Of a DNA stretch of 64,000 nt, positions 19,060 through 29,451 are shown piece by piece. The notes beneath the pieces are model-generated. The model did no database searches. It was given only the letters and a program-made list of their open reading frames with translations, and was not told the origin of the DNA. The DNA is from an uncultured Poribacteria bacterium. Lineage in GTDB: Bacteria > Poribacteria > WGA-4E > WGA-3G. The stretch's first letter is position 1; each line of letters begins with the position of its first letter. Location: NCBI GenBank assembly GCA_958296135.2, contig CATQHZ020000001.1, positions 1,312,001-1,376,000 of the forward strand. The letters are read 5' to 3'. The translations under genes and the position numbers were made by a program.

Positions 19060-20661
19060 ATGAGAGGTTTTGGCATCCACGGCCGCGTTTATCCGGATGA
19101 GCACTACGTCGTCGCCCGCACGGAGGAGCTCGCCGATTTCATCCGCCGGGTTAAATATGGCAAATACATCGTCCTCTTCGCGCCCCGGCAAACCGGAAAA
19201 ACGACGTTCTTCCGGTGGGCTCTGGAGGAGTTGGCTGCAAAAGACGAGACTTACTTTCCCATACATCTCAATTTTGAGCGGTATGAAGACTGGCCTATAG
19301 AAGAATTCTACCGCAGCTTCTACGGAAGAGTTAGTAAGCAAGTCGGGGACGTTTTCCAGAAACGTGATGTCGCCCCCTCTGCGGCGTTAAGCCGATTTTT
19401 GAAAAATGTGCCTCAAGTTACTCAGTGGATGATGCTGCCTTTTTTTGAAGAGTTGGGCAGTTTGCTGACTGGACAGCGGGTGGTGCTCATCATTGATGAG
19501 TTTGATGCCATCCCGCGCGACGCGGTGCGCGGTTTTTTGCATACACTGCGTGACATCTACCTTTCTGATAGAGAGTTTCGATGTCCTTTCAGCGTCGGCA
19601 TCGTCGGGGTGAAGAATATCACGCAGCTCAACTACGACAGGGCTGTCTCGCCGTTTAATGTCCAAGATGAGTTCCACTTGCCGAATTTCACGCTGGCACG
19701 GGTGAAGGAACTTCTCGGGCAGTATACGGCGGAAGTCGGACAAGCGTTCGCGCCGGAAGTCATTGAGAATATCCACAGGCAAACGGCTGGACAGCCGGTG
19801 CTTGTTAACCGCCTCGCGCAGATACTCACAGAGGAGATGGACGTTCCCAAAAACGAGATAATTGGCATGGAGCACTTCGCCGTTGCGCATCGGCAGCTGC
19901 TGCGCGGGCGCAACACGAACATTCAGCATCTCACAACCAATATCCGCCGAGACCCGAGATTTGAAAGGCGGCTGATGCAAATCGCGTCTTATGATGAAGC
20001 GGTAGACTTCAATCTGGACGATGACATCATCAGTGAGCTCGCCACCTATGGAGTCCTCGTGGAGGGTACCAATGGCATGTGTGAAATCGCGAACCCGATT
20101 TATCTCTACCGCATCTTGCGAACGTTCCAGCCGGCGATTAACGGGTTAGAGAGAGACTACTACCCGCAAAACACCGGCAATGGCTATCGCGATTACCTCA
20201 CGGATGCAGGACAGATAGACATGGTGGCTCTGTTGGATAACTTCCGGGACTTCATTGCGCGCGCCGGATTCCGCATTCTCCAAGTACCGGACAAGCCGCG
20301 CGAATATGTTGGGCAACATCTGCTGTTTGCTTATCTGGCTCAGTTTGTGCGGCAGGTGCAGGGAGTCATGCATCTGGAGGTGCAAACCGGGCGCAGGCGG
20401 CTCGATCTGGTGGTGAATCATCGCGCCCGTAAATACATTGTTGAGACTAAGGTTTGGCAAGGCGAACAAAGTTATCGGGCCGGCAAAGAACAACTCGTCG
20501 CGTATCTCAAATTAGAGGGAGCGGCGGAGGGATACTACGTCGTGTTCGATCATCGGCGTGAACCAGAGCCTCGCGTGGAGACGGAGACGCTGGACGGTTT
20601 GAAGATTCGCAGTTATGTCATCCCTGTTGTCCACGAACGTCCATCGGAAAGTGGAACATAA
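19060..20661 (+). CDS. AAA-like ATPase with C-terminal PD-(D/E)XK-like nuclease (paralog 1)
   Basis: AAGGAG before ATG 19060; APRQTGKTT, LIIDEFD, SPFNV, TAGQP; EVQTGRRRLDLVV..IVETK..QLVAYL. Confidence 0.8.
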   Translation: MRGFGIHGRVYPDEHYVVARTEELADFIRRVKYGKYIVLFAPRQTGKTTFFRWALEELAAKDETYFPIHLNFERYEDWPIEEFYRSFYGRVSKQVGDVFQKRDVAPSAALSRFLKNVPQVTQWMMLPFFEELGSLLTGQRVVLIIDEFDAIPRDAVRGFLHTLRDIYLSDREFRCPFSVGIVGVKNITQLNYDRAVSPFNVQDEFHLPNFTLARVKELLGQYTAEVGQAFAPEVIENIHRQTAGQPVLVNRLAQILTEEMDVPKNEIIGMEHFAVAHRQLLRGRNTNIQHLTTNIRRDPRFERRLMQIASYDEAVDFNLDDDIISELATYGVLVEGTNGMCEIANPIYLYRILRTFQPAINGLERDYYPQNTGNGYRDYLTDAGQIDMVALLDNFRDFIARAGFRILQVPDKPREYVGQHLLFAYLAQFVRQVQGVMHLEVQTGRRRLDLVVNHRARKYIVETKVWQGEQSYRAGKEQLVAYLKLEGAAEGYYVVFDHRREPEPRVETETLDGLKIRSYVIPVVHERPSESGT

Positions 20662-20738
20662 AACGGGGCCGCTTTCGGCAGATTGCGAGGGCCAGGGCTT
20701 CGCGCTACGTTATCCGGAGAGATATGGAGGAAACACTC

Positions 20739-21971
20739 ATGTCCAACACATTGGCCGTATCGGGCGGCACGCCTGTGCGGAATACAGAAACGCATCCCTG
20801 GGCTTCGTGGCCCCTCAACACAGCCGAGGAGTGGGAGTCTAAAATTGAGCCGCGGCTCCGGGAAGTCTATCTCAGTGGGAATGAAGGTTCTGGCGGCACG
20901 ATGATTGACACATTCGGCGAGCAATATGCCCGCTATTCTGGTACCACCTACGCCATTTTTATGCCGCACGGCACCGATGCCATCAGTGCCGCCTTGGCCG
21001 GCGCGCTGGATTTAGACGGTTTTAGCGATGGCGGGGAGGTTATTGTGCCGAACTATACCTTCGTCGCTACGGCGAGTGCTGTCTTGGAACGCCGCTGCAC
21101 CGTCGCTTTTGTCGACATTGACGCGGACACGTTCACCATCGCTCCGAGTGCCGTTGAGGCTGCAATTCAGCCGAGTACCCGTGCGATTCTGCCTGTCCAC
21201 CTCGGCGGCCATCCGGCGGATATGGGAGCGTTGCGGGAGATTGCCCAACGCCATGGGCTCGCAATCATTGAGGATTGCGCGCAGGCGCACGGCGCGGCGT
21301 ATCGGGGCAAAAAAGTCGGTTCACTCGGCAATGTCGGCGCGTTTAGTTTCCAATCGTCTAAAAACCTTACGTCTGGCGAAGGTGGCATGGTGACTACCGA
21401 TGAGAGAGATATACGCGACCGCGTCTACGCTTTCATGAACGTTGGCCGCGCACCCGGCGGCGCGAGATGGGCATACCCGCGACTCGGGTGGAATTACCGT
21501 CCCTCCGAGTACCTTGCCGCGATACTACAGGTGCGGTTGGAACTGCTGGAAACCCAGACTGACTTGCGTAACCGTAACGCTGCCTATTTGTCAAACGCGT
21601 TGAAGGCAATTTCTGGCATAACGCCGCCGAGACTTGCCCCGTGGGTTACCAAGCACGGGTACCATCTCTACTGCCTCAAGTATGACCCGGGGGCGTTTGG
21701 CGGCAAGGCTCGCGATGAATTTGTCAGTGCGCTATCGGCGGAAGGCGTGCCTTGTTCCATCGGGTACCGCTCGCCGCTCTCGCAAGAACCAGGCATGGCG
21801 CACGTTGCCGAGAAATATCCGCATCTCATCCGCACATGGCCCTCGCCGAATACGGAACGCGTTTGTGAACAGAGCGTGTGGCTTTTCCAAAACCTCTTCC
21901 TCGGTTCCGAGCGAGATATGGATGATATCGTCTCTGCTGTTGCCAAAATTCAACATGCATGGAATTCCTAA
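20739..21971 (+). CDS. DegT/DnrJ/EryC1/StrS aminotransferase
   Basis: YTFVATA, PVHLGG, IEDCAQAHG, FSFQSSKNLTSGEGG, GWNYR. Confidence 0.92.
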   Translation: MSNTLAVSGGTPVRNTETHPWASWPLNTAEEWESKIEPRLREVYLSGNEGSGGTMIDTFGEQYARYSGTTYAIFMPHGTDAISAALAGALDLDGFSDGGEVIVPNYTFVATASAVLERRCTVAFVDIDADTFTIAPSAVEAAIQPSTRAILPVHLGGHPADMGALREIAQRHGLAIIEDCAQAHGAAYRGKKVGSLGNVGAFSFQSSKNLTSGEGGMVTTDERDIRDRVYAFMNVGRAPGGARWAYPRLGWNYRPSEYLAAILQVRLELLETQTDLRNRNAAYLSNALKAISGITPPRLAPWVTKHGYHLYCLKYDPGAFGGKARDEFVSALSAEGVPCSIGYRSPLSQEPGMAHVAEKYPHLIRTWPSPNTERVCEQSVWLFQNLFLGSERDMDDIVSAVAKIQHAWNS

Positions 21972-22338
21972 ACCGCTCCTTATTTACGATGGAGCGTGCG
22001 ATTTTTGCCGATACTGCATCGCGCGCTGGCGGCATGTCACCGGTGGGAGAATTCACTACGCGCCTTATCAAGAAGTTGCATCGCAGTTTCCGCAGATACG
22101 ACTATCGGAATTCCAGGCTTCTGTCCAATTCGTTCTGCCAGACGGAACCGTGTTGAGCGGTGCGGCGGCGGTGTGCCACGCCTTCGGCAACCGAGGTATC
22201 CTCTGGTGCTACGAAAATGTCCCCGGTTTCGCGCCTATGACGGAGGCAGTCTATCGCTTCGTTGCGCGGCATCGCTCCTTTTTCTCCGCGGTGACGCGTA
22301 AGTTTTGGAAAGATAGAAAGGACACAGAACGAACTTGA
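21955..22338 (+). CDS. DCC1-like (DUF393) thiol-disulfide oxidoreductase
   Basis: LIYDGACDFC and YRFVARHR; ATG 21955 overlaps the end of the upstream gene. Confidence 0.8.
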   Translation: MHGIPKPLLIYDGACDFCRYCIARWRHVTGGRIHYAPYQEVASQFPQIRLSEFQASVQFVLPDGTVLSGAAAVCHAFGNRGILWCYENVPGFAPMTEAVYRFVARHRSFFSAVTRKFWKDRKDTERT

Positions 22339-22357
22339 AAGGACTATAGGAGAATTT

Positions 22358-23122
22358 ATGCCGAGTCCATTTTTAACCGTCGCGCTAGAAGCGGCGAGAA
22401 ACGCCGAAGAGGTGATTAGGGCTTACTACGATGGCGATGCGATGAACGTGCAATTGAAGGCGGACGAAACGCCTGTCACCCGCGCCGATACCGAAGCCGA
22501 AAGGGTTATCCGCGAGACTCTCAAGGCGGCATTCCCAGAGCATGGGTTTTTAGGCGAAGAATACGGCATTGAAAGAGGCACTTCGCCCTATCTGTGGATT
22601 ATCGATCCGATTGACGGCACCAAGAATTACATCCGAAAAATCCCGGTCTTCGCGACGCAGATTGCGTTAATGCAAGACGAACGCCTTATCCTCGGCGTTT
22701 CCAATGCGCCGTTGCTGAATGAGCTGCTCCATGCAGAGGCAGGCGGTGGTGCATTTTTGAACGGCGAACCGATAACTGTCTCTGGCGTAACTCATCCTTC
22801 AGACGTGATGCTCTGCCACGGCGGGCTGAATTGGTTTACGCCGAAAGGGGTTCTCCCTGGGATGTGCGGCCTCATCAACGCCGCTGCGCGCTCCAGGGGC
22901 TTCGGCGATTTTTACATGTATCACCTCCTCGCCTCTGCCAGGGCGGATGTCGTCGTTGAAGCCGCGATTAGCATCTGGGACATCGCCGCGCTCAGCGTCA
23001 TCGTGCAGGAGGCAGGCGGCAAGGTTACCGACATGCAGGGCCGCGCGATTACGAAGGATACCGCGTCTATGGTTGCAACGAATGGGCATCTGCATGGTGC
23101 GGTATTAGGCTATTTTTCATGA
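22358..23122 (+). CDS. Inositol monophosphatase family (histidinol-phosphatase-like)
   Basis: PVTRAD, GEE, WIIDPIDGTKN, WDIAA. Confidence 0.9.
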   Translation: MPSPFLTVALEAARNAEEVIRAYYDGDAMNVQLKADETPVTRADTEAERVIRETLKAAFPEHGFLGEEYGIERGTSPYLWIIDPIDGTKNYIRKIPVFATQIALMQDERLILGVSNAPLLNELLHAEAGGGAFLNGEPITVSGVTHPSDVMLCHGGLNWFTPKGVLPGMCGLINAAARSRGFGDFYMYHLLASARADVVVEAAISIWDIAALSVIVQEAGGKVTDMQGRAITKDTASMVATNGHLHGAVLGYFS

Positions 23123-23204
23123 GTGCCGCGCGTTATTCCTTGCATCAACGCGCAAACTTGTGCTATACTAATTGACGTATCCTAAAAAAAGCGAGCATTT
23201 TAAA

Positions 23205-23885
23205 ATGCACCTCAATTTCCAAGAAGTCATCGATCTCTCTTATGTCGTTGACGAAAACAGCCCACGCGAACTGCCGATCGATCCGGTTAAAATTTATGAC
23301 CAGGCGACGCTCGAAAAAGATGGCTATTTTGAAAGCCGTGTTGACATGTCTGGGCACTGTTCCACGCATATCGACGCGCCGTGCCTGATGTATCCCGATG
23401 GGTTCACTGTCGCGGAAATCCCGAAAGAGAAACTCACAGGCGCCGCGGTGCTGATGGACTTCTCCGCGATTAAGCAACCAAACGATGCTGTCACCGCCGA
23501 AGATGTAGACGCATGGATAACCGAAAATGGCGATATTCCGGAAGGTAGCATCGTTTTTATGCGTACCGGCATGGATCGATTTGTCTATCAGGATAACTTC
23601 AACCGGGAGTGGATCGGTTTTAGCGCAGCTGCCGCCGAACTGCTTGTTGCAAAAGGCATCAAGGTTATCGGCACCGATGCGTGTAGCATCGATTCGGTTG
23701 CGGGACATCCACCGTTGCACGATGGGTTACCGCCGGCGCATCTCGTCTTCCTCGGAGCCGGGGTCCCGCACGTTGAAGATTTGTGCAATTTAAGTCAACT
23801 GCCAACGCACTTCTACGTCGTGATTGCGCCGTTGAAATTAGCGCGGAGTTCTGGTGCGCCGGCGCGCGTGTTGGCGTTTGTGTAG
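23205..23885 (+). CDS. Cyclase family (kynurenine formamidase-like) metallohydrolase
   Basis: HCSTHIDAP, RTG, IGTDACSID, APLKL..SGAPARV. Confidence 0.88.
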   Translation: MHLNFQEVIDLSYVVDENSPRELPIDPVKIYDQATLEKDGYFESRVDMSGHCSTHIDAPCLMYPDGFTVAEIPKEKLTGAAVLMDFSAIKQPNDAVTAEDVDAWITENGDIPEGSIVFMRTGMDRFVYQDNFNREWIGFSAAAAELLVAKGIKVIGTDACSIDSVAGHPPLHDGLPPAHLVFLGAGVPHVEDLCNLSQLPTHFYVVIAPLKLARSSGAPARVLAFV

Positions 23886-23934
23886 GTTGTCAAGGCGGAC
23901 AGCTATAGACATCTGTTCTTACAGGCTCTGACTG

Positions 23935-25389
23935 ATGATACTCAAGATTCCTGAACCGCTGTTATCGTGCTTGCGAGAGATCGGCGAGGTGGGTGGCAAA
24001 TCGACATACCTCGTCGGCGGGCTGGTTCGTGATTTGCTTCTTAAACGGGATAGCCTTGACATTGATATTGTCGTTGAGGGTGATGCGCCCCGGGTGGCAG
24101 AAGCGATGAGGGAACGGTGGGATGGTACGTTAAACGTTCATCCGCAGTTCGGCACGGCAACCGTCACGCCTGCAAACCCGAGCTTGCCGAAAGTTGACTT
24201 CGTCACGGCGCGTCGTGAAACTTATCAGCACCCCGGAACGTTACCTATAGTGAAACAAGGGACTATCGTAGACGATTTGCGCAGACGCGACTTTACCATC
24301 AACGCGCTGGCGATGCGGTTAGATGCCGATGCATTCGGCACTATCGTAGACGAAACGGGCGGCCTGGCAGACCTCGAGGCCGGCACGATTCGGGTGCTGC
24401 ATAAGCAAAGTTTCATGGAGGATCCTACCCGTATTTTCCGGGCTTGCCGCTATGCAGGCAGATACGGCTTTCACATCGCTGATGACGATGCGGTTCTCAT
24501 CCGCGATGCACTGCCGGTGTTATCGGGGCTCAGCGGCGAACGCATCCGAAACGAGCTCGGCCGGGTGCTCCTAGAAGAGAACGCGCCGCAAATTGTGCAA
24601 CAACTAACGGCATTCGATGTATGGGCGGCTGTTTCTGCCGGATGGGAAATTTCCGAGAATTTTGCGCGCATATTTACGAGCGCGCGTCAGGCGATAAGAT
24701 GGGCATCAGAACATCTCATTGATGAAAAATTTGACACCGAGCTTGTCCGATGGATGGCCTTCTTAGGCGCAACTCTGCGGACATATCGGCTTGAGGCACT
24801 GAGTTTTAGACTCGTATTGCCGCATCAACTGCATCGGCTCGTCAGTTGTTCGCCGCAAGACTCGGGAGTAGATGCGCTTTTTCAACGCGCGGGACTGCCG
24901 CTGTCGCCGGACGCAGTTATTGAACATCACAACGGCAAATTGCTTGTCGTTGATGCTGAAAACGGGCAAGCCTATGTCTGTGGGGATGGAAGTCTCTATC
25001 GGGTGCAGACACCGCTGACTACCTATAGTGATGCGATGTGGACGATGTTCATTTTTTTACATGATGCCCCCAGCCCAGGAGCGGTTTACTATCTGCTGAA
25101 ACCTTATCCATTGGAGGCATTGGCCCTGACATATTTTGTAGCCGACGATGAGTCAAAAGCGGAGCGCGAACAGATTGGCACTTACTTGCATACACTGCGG
25201 AAGGTGCAACCGCTCGTCACCGGGCGCGACCTGGTTCAGTGGGGTGAAAAACCGGGGAAATCCTTTGAAACGTTCTTGTCGCGACTCTTTTCGGCGCAGC
25301 TTGATGGGGAAATCAACACGAAATCAGAGGCACATCGCTGGTTGCAGGAGTTTAAAAAAGCCTCGGCGGAAGCAGTATCCGAGAAATAA
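23935..25389 (+). CDS. Class II tRNA nucleotidyltransferase (A-adding-like)
   Basis: YLVGGLVRDLLL..DIDIV, DLRRRDFTINALA, SFMEDPTR, LSGERI. Confidence 0.88.
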   Translation: MILKIPEPLLSCLREIGEVGGKSTYLVGGLVRDLLLKRDSLDIDIVVEGDAPRVAEAMRERWDGTLNVHPQFGTATVTPANPSLPKVDFVTARRETYQHPGTLPIVKQGTIVDDLRRRDFTINALAMRLDADAFGTIVDETGGLADLEAGTIRVLHKQSFMEDPTRIFRACRYAGRYGFHIADDDAVLIRDALPVLSGLSGERIRNELGRVLLEENAPQIVQQLTAFDVWAAVSAGWEISENFARIFTSARQAIRWASEHLIDEKFDTELVRWMAFLGATLRTYRLEALSFRLVLPHQLHRLVSCSPQDSGVDALFQRAGLPLSPDAVIEHHNGKLLVVDAENGQAYVCGDGSLYRVQTPLTTYSDAMWTMFIFLHDAPSPGAVYYLLKPYPLEALALTYFVADDESKAEREQIGTYLHTLRKVQPLVTGRDLVQWGEKPGKSFETFLSRLFSAQLDGEINTKSEAHRWLQEFKKASAEAVSEK

Positions 25390-25476
25390 TTATTACCGTC
25401 GGACGAGGGAAACCTGTCCCTTGGCATGCCGCGCGCTTCCGTTTTTTTTGGTTAGGTGTTTTTGGTTAGGTAAAAT

Positions 25477-26154
25477 ATGTTTAATCCTTTTGAAGCCATT
25501 CTTATCGTTACGCAATTTATCGTCTTACTAACCTTTCACGAGTGGGGGCACGCGAAGTCGGCGGATATGTTAGGCGATTCGACAGCGCGCAACCAAGGGC
25601 GCATGTCGCTTAACCCCGCTGTGCATATCGATCCGATCGGCACGGTGTTACTGCCGTTGCTCGGCACCTTTTTCGGCAGCACCTTTTTCGGCTGGGCGAA
25701 GCCGGTGCCTGTCAATCCGTTCAATCTCAAAAACCCGGTAAAGGATATGATGCTCATCGCGGCCGCCGGTCCTTTCATGAATATCGTTCTGACTTTTGTG
25801 ATTTTAGGGATTGCCCGTCTGTTGGAATTGGTTTTTAACTTCCCGCAACCTGGCTCCGATTTTCATGTGGAGATTGCTAGGCAATTAGTTCGCATGGGGC
25901 TCATCAGCGTGTTTTTGGCGGCGTTTAACATGCTCCCTATCTACCCGTTAGATGGATTCAGCGTTGTGCGTGGCTTGCTGCCGGCGCGTGCCGCACGTTC
26001 ATGGGAGAACCTCAGTCCTTACGGAATGCCGATTCTGATGTGCCTGATTTTTCTTCCCAGTCTCCTAGGGATACCGAACTATGTCTTCGGTTTTTTGTCC
26101 GAAATCAGTTACGCTACCTTCAATCTTATCGCACAAATCGTCGGACTGCGCTGA
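25477..26154 (+). CDS. Site-2 (M50) membrane metalloprotease
   Basis: HEWGH, AAAGP, FNMLPIYPLDG. Confidence 0.92.
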   Translation: MFNPFEAILIVTQFIVLLTFHEWGHAKSADMLGDSTARNQGRMSLNPAVHIDPIGTVLLPLLGTFFGSTFFGWAKPVPVNPFNLKNPVKDMMLIAAAGPFMNIVLTFVILGIARLLELVFNFPQPGSDFHVEIARQLVRMGLISVFLAAFNMLPIYPLDGFSVVRGLLPARAARSWENLSPYGMPILMCLIFLPSLLGIPNYVFGFLSEISYATFNLIAQIVGLR

Positions 26155-26274
26155 ACTCCCTGTCCCGTAGGGCGAGGGGAGCGTTACGCCGAGACGTTGT
26201 CATCTCTGCAGCGTTGTCTGCAGGGATGTCCACTGTCCCTCGTCCTGCCGAATGAGCGCGAGAACAAGACAAAT

Positions 26275-27093
26275 ATGTTAACTGAAACAATACCCACTGT
26301 CGCACCTGTGAGTGAATCCCCCCAACGAGGTAAGGGTGACACTTCTCCTCCTATTTATTCCATCAAATTGGAGGGATTCGAGGGGCCGCTCGACCTGCTC
26401 CTCCATCTCATTCAGAAGGAGGAGATGGCCATTCACGACATCCAGATTGCGCATATTACCGACCGGTATCTGGAATACGTGAATTTAATGGAGCAGCTGG
26501 ATCTGGATGTTGCGTCCGAGTTCCTTGTAATGGCGGCTACGCTTCTCCATCTCAAATCGCAGAGTATCCTCCCGCAAATCGTTGCCGATTCTGAGTACCC
26601 CATCGGCGACAGGGAGCAGCTCGTCCAGCAGCTGCTGGAGTATAAGCATTTTAAAGAGGCGGCGCAGGCGTTAGATGTTTACGCCGAGCGGCGTTCCTGG
26701 CTCTACGGCAGGCCCCCGGAACTCCACGCGGAACTGGATGGCAGCAAGCAGTATGAGGTTAAAGCGACGCTGTTCGACCTGCTCACCGCGTTCAGGAACG
26801 TCAACGAACGGCTCGCCCTTGCCGAACCGGAAGAGGTTTACGAGACGTTTGAAGAGGAGACACTCACCGTTGAGGACAAAATCGCCTTTATTGAGAGGCA
26901 GTTGATACACACAGATCAGCTCCTCTTCGACGATCTGTTTCCATCTCTGTCGGGCGCGCCTTTAAGCCGTGCTGAACGTGTTGTTACGTTTCTTGCCATT
27001 TTAGAATTGGTGCGGATAGGGAAAATCGCCACGGTCCAAACGGGGCCGTTTGAGAGTATCTATATCATCAAAAAACCAGAAGGCAAGTCTTGA
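26275..27093 (+). CDS. scpA: Segregation/condensation protein A
   Basis: FEGPLDLLLHLI, EFLVMAATL, TFLAILEL. Confidence 0.95.
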   Translation: MLTETIPTVAPVSESPQRGKGDTSPPIYSIKLEGFEGPLDLLLHLIQKEEMAIHDIQIAHITDRYLEYVNLMEQLDLDVASEFLVMAATLLHLKSQSILPQIVADSEYPIGDREQLVQQLLEYKHFKEAAQALDVYAERRSWLYGRPPELHAELDGSKQYEVKATLFDLLTAFRNVNERLALAEPEEVYETFEEETLTVEDKIAFIERQLIHTDQLLFDDLFPSLSGAPLSRAERVVTFLAILELVRIGKIATVQTGPFESIYIIKKPEGKS

Positions 27094-27223
27094 GGTACAG
27101 GATTATGCGAATGCCATCATTAGGGTTGAATCTGCGTAAGTCCTAAATATCCAAGACATTCTGGTGCAACAAGCGTTTTGGCACAGTCACAGTTGTCCAA
27201 ATGCCTTGTGAAAGAGGAAAGAC

Positions 27224-27925
27224 ATGAACGCTCAAAATTTAGCGGCAGCCCTGCCTCCGAAGGCTATCTTGGAGGCGATTCTGTTCGCCGCGAGTGAACC
27301 AATCTCGGTGAAGCAGTTTCGGAGGGCGCTGCCCGCGTTATCCACGCGCGCTATTCGGGATGGGCTCGCCGAACTTCGCGACGACTACCAAGCGTTGCAT
27401 CGGAGTTTCCGCCTCGTTGAAATTGCGAACGGGTATCAGATCTGCACCTGTCCGGAATATGCGGAGTGGGTCCAAAAGTTTTATACGCGGCAAGTGCGCG
27501 TCACACTGTCGCCTTCTGCGCTTGAGACGCTGGCGATTGTTGCTTACAAACAACCTGTCACGCGTGCCGATGTCGCCGTTATCCGCGGTGTCAATAGCGA
27601 TAGTGTCCTCAATTCGCTTGTCGTGAAAGGGCTCGTTTGCATTGCGGGCAGAAAAGCGGGTGCGGGACGTTCCTTGCTCTTCGCCACTACTGACGTGTTC
27701 CTCCAACAGTTTGGATTGAAAGATTCCGCCGAATTGCCCTCAATTGAGGAGATAGAGGCGTTGTTAGCGTCGGATGGGACAGCGGCACGGTTACAAAGCG
27801 CGCCTACCGATGAAGAGACAGGTGTACACCGAGTTGGGAATCGCTCTCAGGAGTTCGCTGCTGTTGGAGAAGATGGAGCGGAAAGGACAAGCACCCATTC
27901 GGATGAAGCACCGTTAGGTGCTTAA
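27224..27925 (+). CDS. scpB: Segregation/condensation protein B, with a repeat-derived tail
   Basis: LEAILFA, LSPSALETLAIVAYKQPVTR, FLQQFGL..ELP. Confidence 0.95.
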   Translation: MNAQNLAAALPPKAILEAILFAASEPISVKQFRRALPALSTRAIRDGLAELRDDYQALHRSFRLVEIANGYQICTCPEYAEWVQKFYTRQVRVTLSPSALETLAIVAYKQPVTRADVAVIRGVNSDSVLNSLVVKGLVCIAGRKAGAGRSLLFATTDVFLQQFGLKDSAELPSIEEIEALLASDGTAARLQSAPTDEETGVHRVGNRSQEFAAVGEDGAERTSTHSDEAPLGA

Positions 27926-27943
27926 TGGCTATAGGGGGATGGA

Positions 27944-29284
27944 ATGATGAACTACGATGCACACTTCCAGTGCAGTGAAGGCTGCGCCGAGAGTTACCCA
28001 CTCACTGAAATTGTCTACCGCTGTAAGAAGTGCGATGGGTTGCTGGAAGTGCGCCACGACATGGGCGTGCTCAAACAACGCAGCCCTGACGATTGGAAAT
28101 GCTTATTTGAAAAACGCTACAGGCGGACTGGATACCCGTACGGGAGCGGTGTTTGGGGAAAAAAGGAACTCGTCTGCCCGAACATTGATAACGAAAACAT
28201 TGTCTCTATGTATGAAGGCGGCACAAACCTTTTTTGGGCAGAACGCTTCGGCGCGCAACTCGGCCTCGCCGATCTCTGGATTAAGCAGTGCGGCAACAGC
28301 CACACTGGTTCTTTCAAAGACCTCGGGATGACAGTCCTTATCTCGATGGTAAAGCAGATTATCGCCGATGGGGGAGATATCCGCGCCGTAATGTGTGCAT
28401 CTACCGGCGATACGTCTGCCGCCTTGGCGGCGTATGCGTCTGCGGCTGGCATCCCCGCGATTATCCTCTTGCCGAAGGCGAAGGTCACGCGCGAGCAGCT
28501 GATTCAACCTATCGCTAACGGCGCGTTGACGCTCTCGCTGGAGACCGATTTTGATGGCTGTATGGAGATTGTCCAAAGACTCGCCGCCCGAAAGGATTTC
28601 TATCTTGCCAATTCCATTAATTCCATCCGAATTGAGGGGCAAAAAACTATCAGCATCGAGATAGTCCAGCAGTTTGATTGGGATGTGCCGGATTGGATTA
28701 TCATTCCGGGCGGCAACCTCGGCAACGTCTCCGCGCTCGGGCTCGGTTTTCTCATGATGCTAGAGCTTGGCATTATTAACAAACTGCCGCGGATTGCGTG
28801 CGCGCAGGCGGCACGCGCCAATCCACTCTACCGCAGTTACAAAACTGGGTTTACGGAGTTTCGCGCCATCACTGCGCAGCCCACACAAGCGACTGCAATC
28901 CAGATTGGCAATCCGGTCTCGATTCATCGCGCTATCCGCACGTTGAAGCGATTTGATGGCATCGTCGACCAGGCAAGCGAAGAGGAGTTAGCGGATGCTG
29001 CCGCAAGAGCCGATAGGACCGGGTTGTTCAATTGTCCGCATACCGGTGTTGCCTTGGCTGTGCTCCTCAAGATGGTAGAACGCAAACAGATTCGCCCAGG
29101 CGATAGGGTGATTGTCATCTCCACCGCGAATGGCCTCAAGTTCCCGGATTTCAAGGGGGCGTATCACCATTTGGATCCGGACAAGCCTGTCCCGCTCTAT
29201 TACAACGCGCCGATGGAGTTAGCAGCAGACTATGAGGTTGTTACTGGAGAGATCGCTAGGCACCTTGGGAACTTTGCTAGATAG
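27944..29284 (+). CDS. thrC: Threonine synthase
   Basis: HTGSFKDLG, CASTGDTSAA, PGGNLGN, STANGLKF. Confidence 0.93.
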   Translation: MMNYDAHFQCSEGCAESYPLTEIVYRCKKCDGLLEVRHDMGVLKQRSPDDWKCLFEKRYRRTGYPYGSGVWGKKELVCPNIDNENIVSMYEGGTNLFWAERFGAQLGLADLWIKQCGNSHTGSFKDLGMTVLISMVKQIIADGGDIRAVMCASTGDTSAALAAYASAAGIPAIILLPKAKVTREQLIQPIANGALTLSLETDFDGCMEIVQRLAARKDFYLANSINSIRIEGQKTISIEIVQQFDWDVPDWIIIPGGNLGNVSALGLGFLMMLELGIINKLPRIACAQAARANPLYRSYKTGFTEFRAITAQPTQATAIQIGNPVSIHRAIRTLKRFDGIVDQASEEELADAAARADRTGLFNCPHTGVALAVLLKMVERKQIRPGDRVIVISTANGLKFPDFKGAYHHLDPDKPVPLYYNAPMELAADYEVVTGEIARHLGNFAR

Positions 29285-29329
29285 TTCTCCGTCTACGTTG
29301 ATGCCTAGATTATTTTTCGGTCCCTATGT

Positions 29330-29359
29330 GTAAGGGCGGATGTCTCTATCTGCCCTTAC
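29330..29359. repeat. Family E palindrome (GTAAGGGCGGAT..ATCTGCCCTTAC); relatives near 23892, 32783, 43694, 45090 and 47425
   Basis: Near-perfect inverted repeat that recurs in several intergenic gaps. Confidence 0.75.
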
Positions 29360-29389
29360 ACTCTGGTGATGGGAAAATCTGATAAAAAT

Positions 29390-29419
29390 TTGCAAAAAAC
29401 ATGCAAAACATGCTATAAT
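29390..29419 (+). promoter_or_regulatory. sigma70-type promoter of xylA
   Basis: TTGCAA, 18 nt spacer, TG-extended TATAAT; the spacer contains the direct repeat tgcaaaa(aa)ca. Confidence 0.6.
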
Positions 29420-29451
29420 TTCACGAAACAACAAAACAGAGGAGTCACGGA

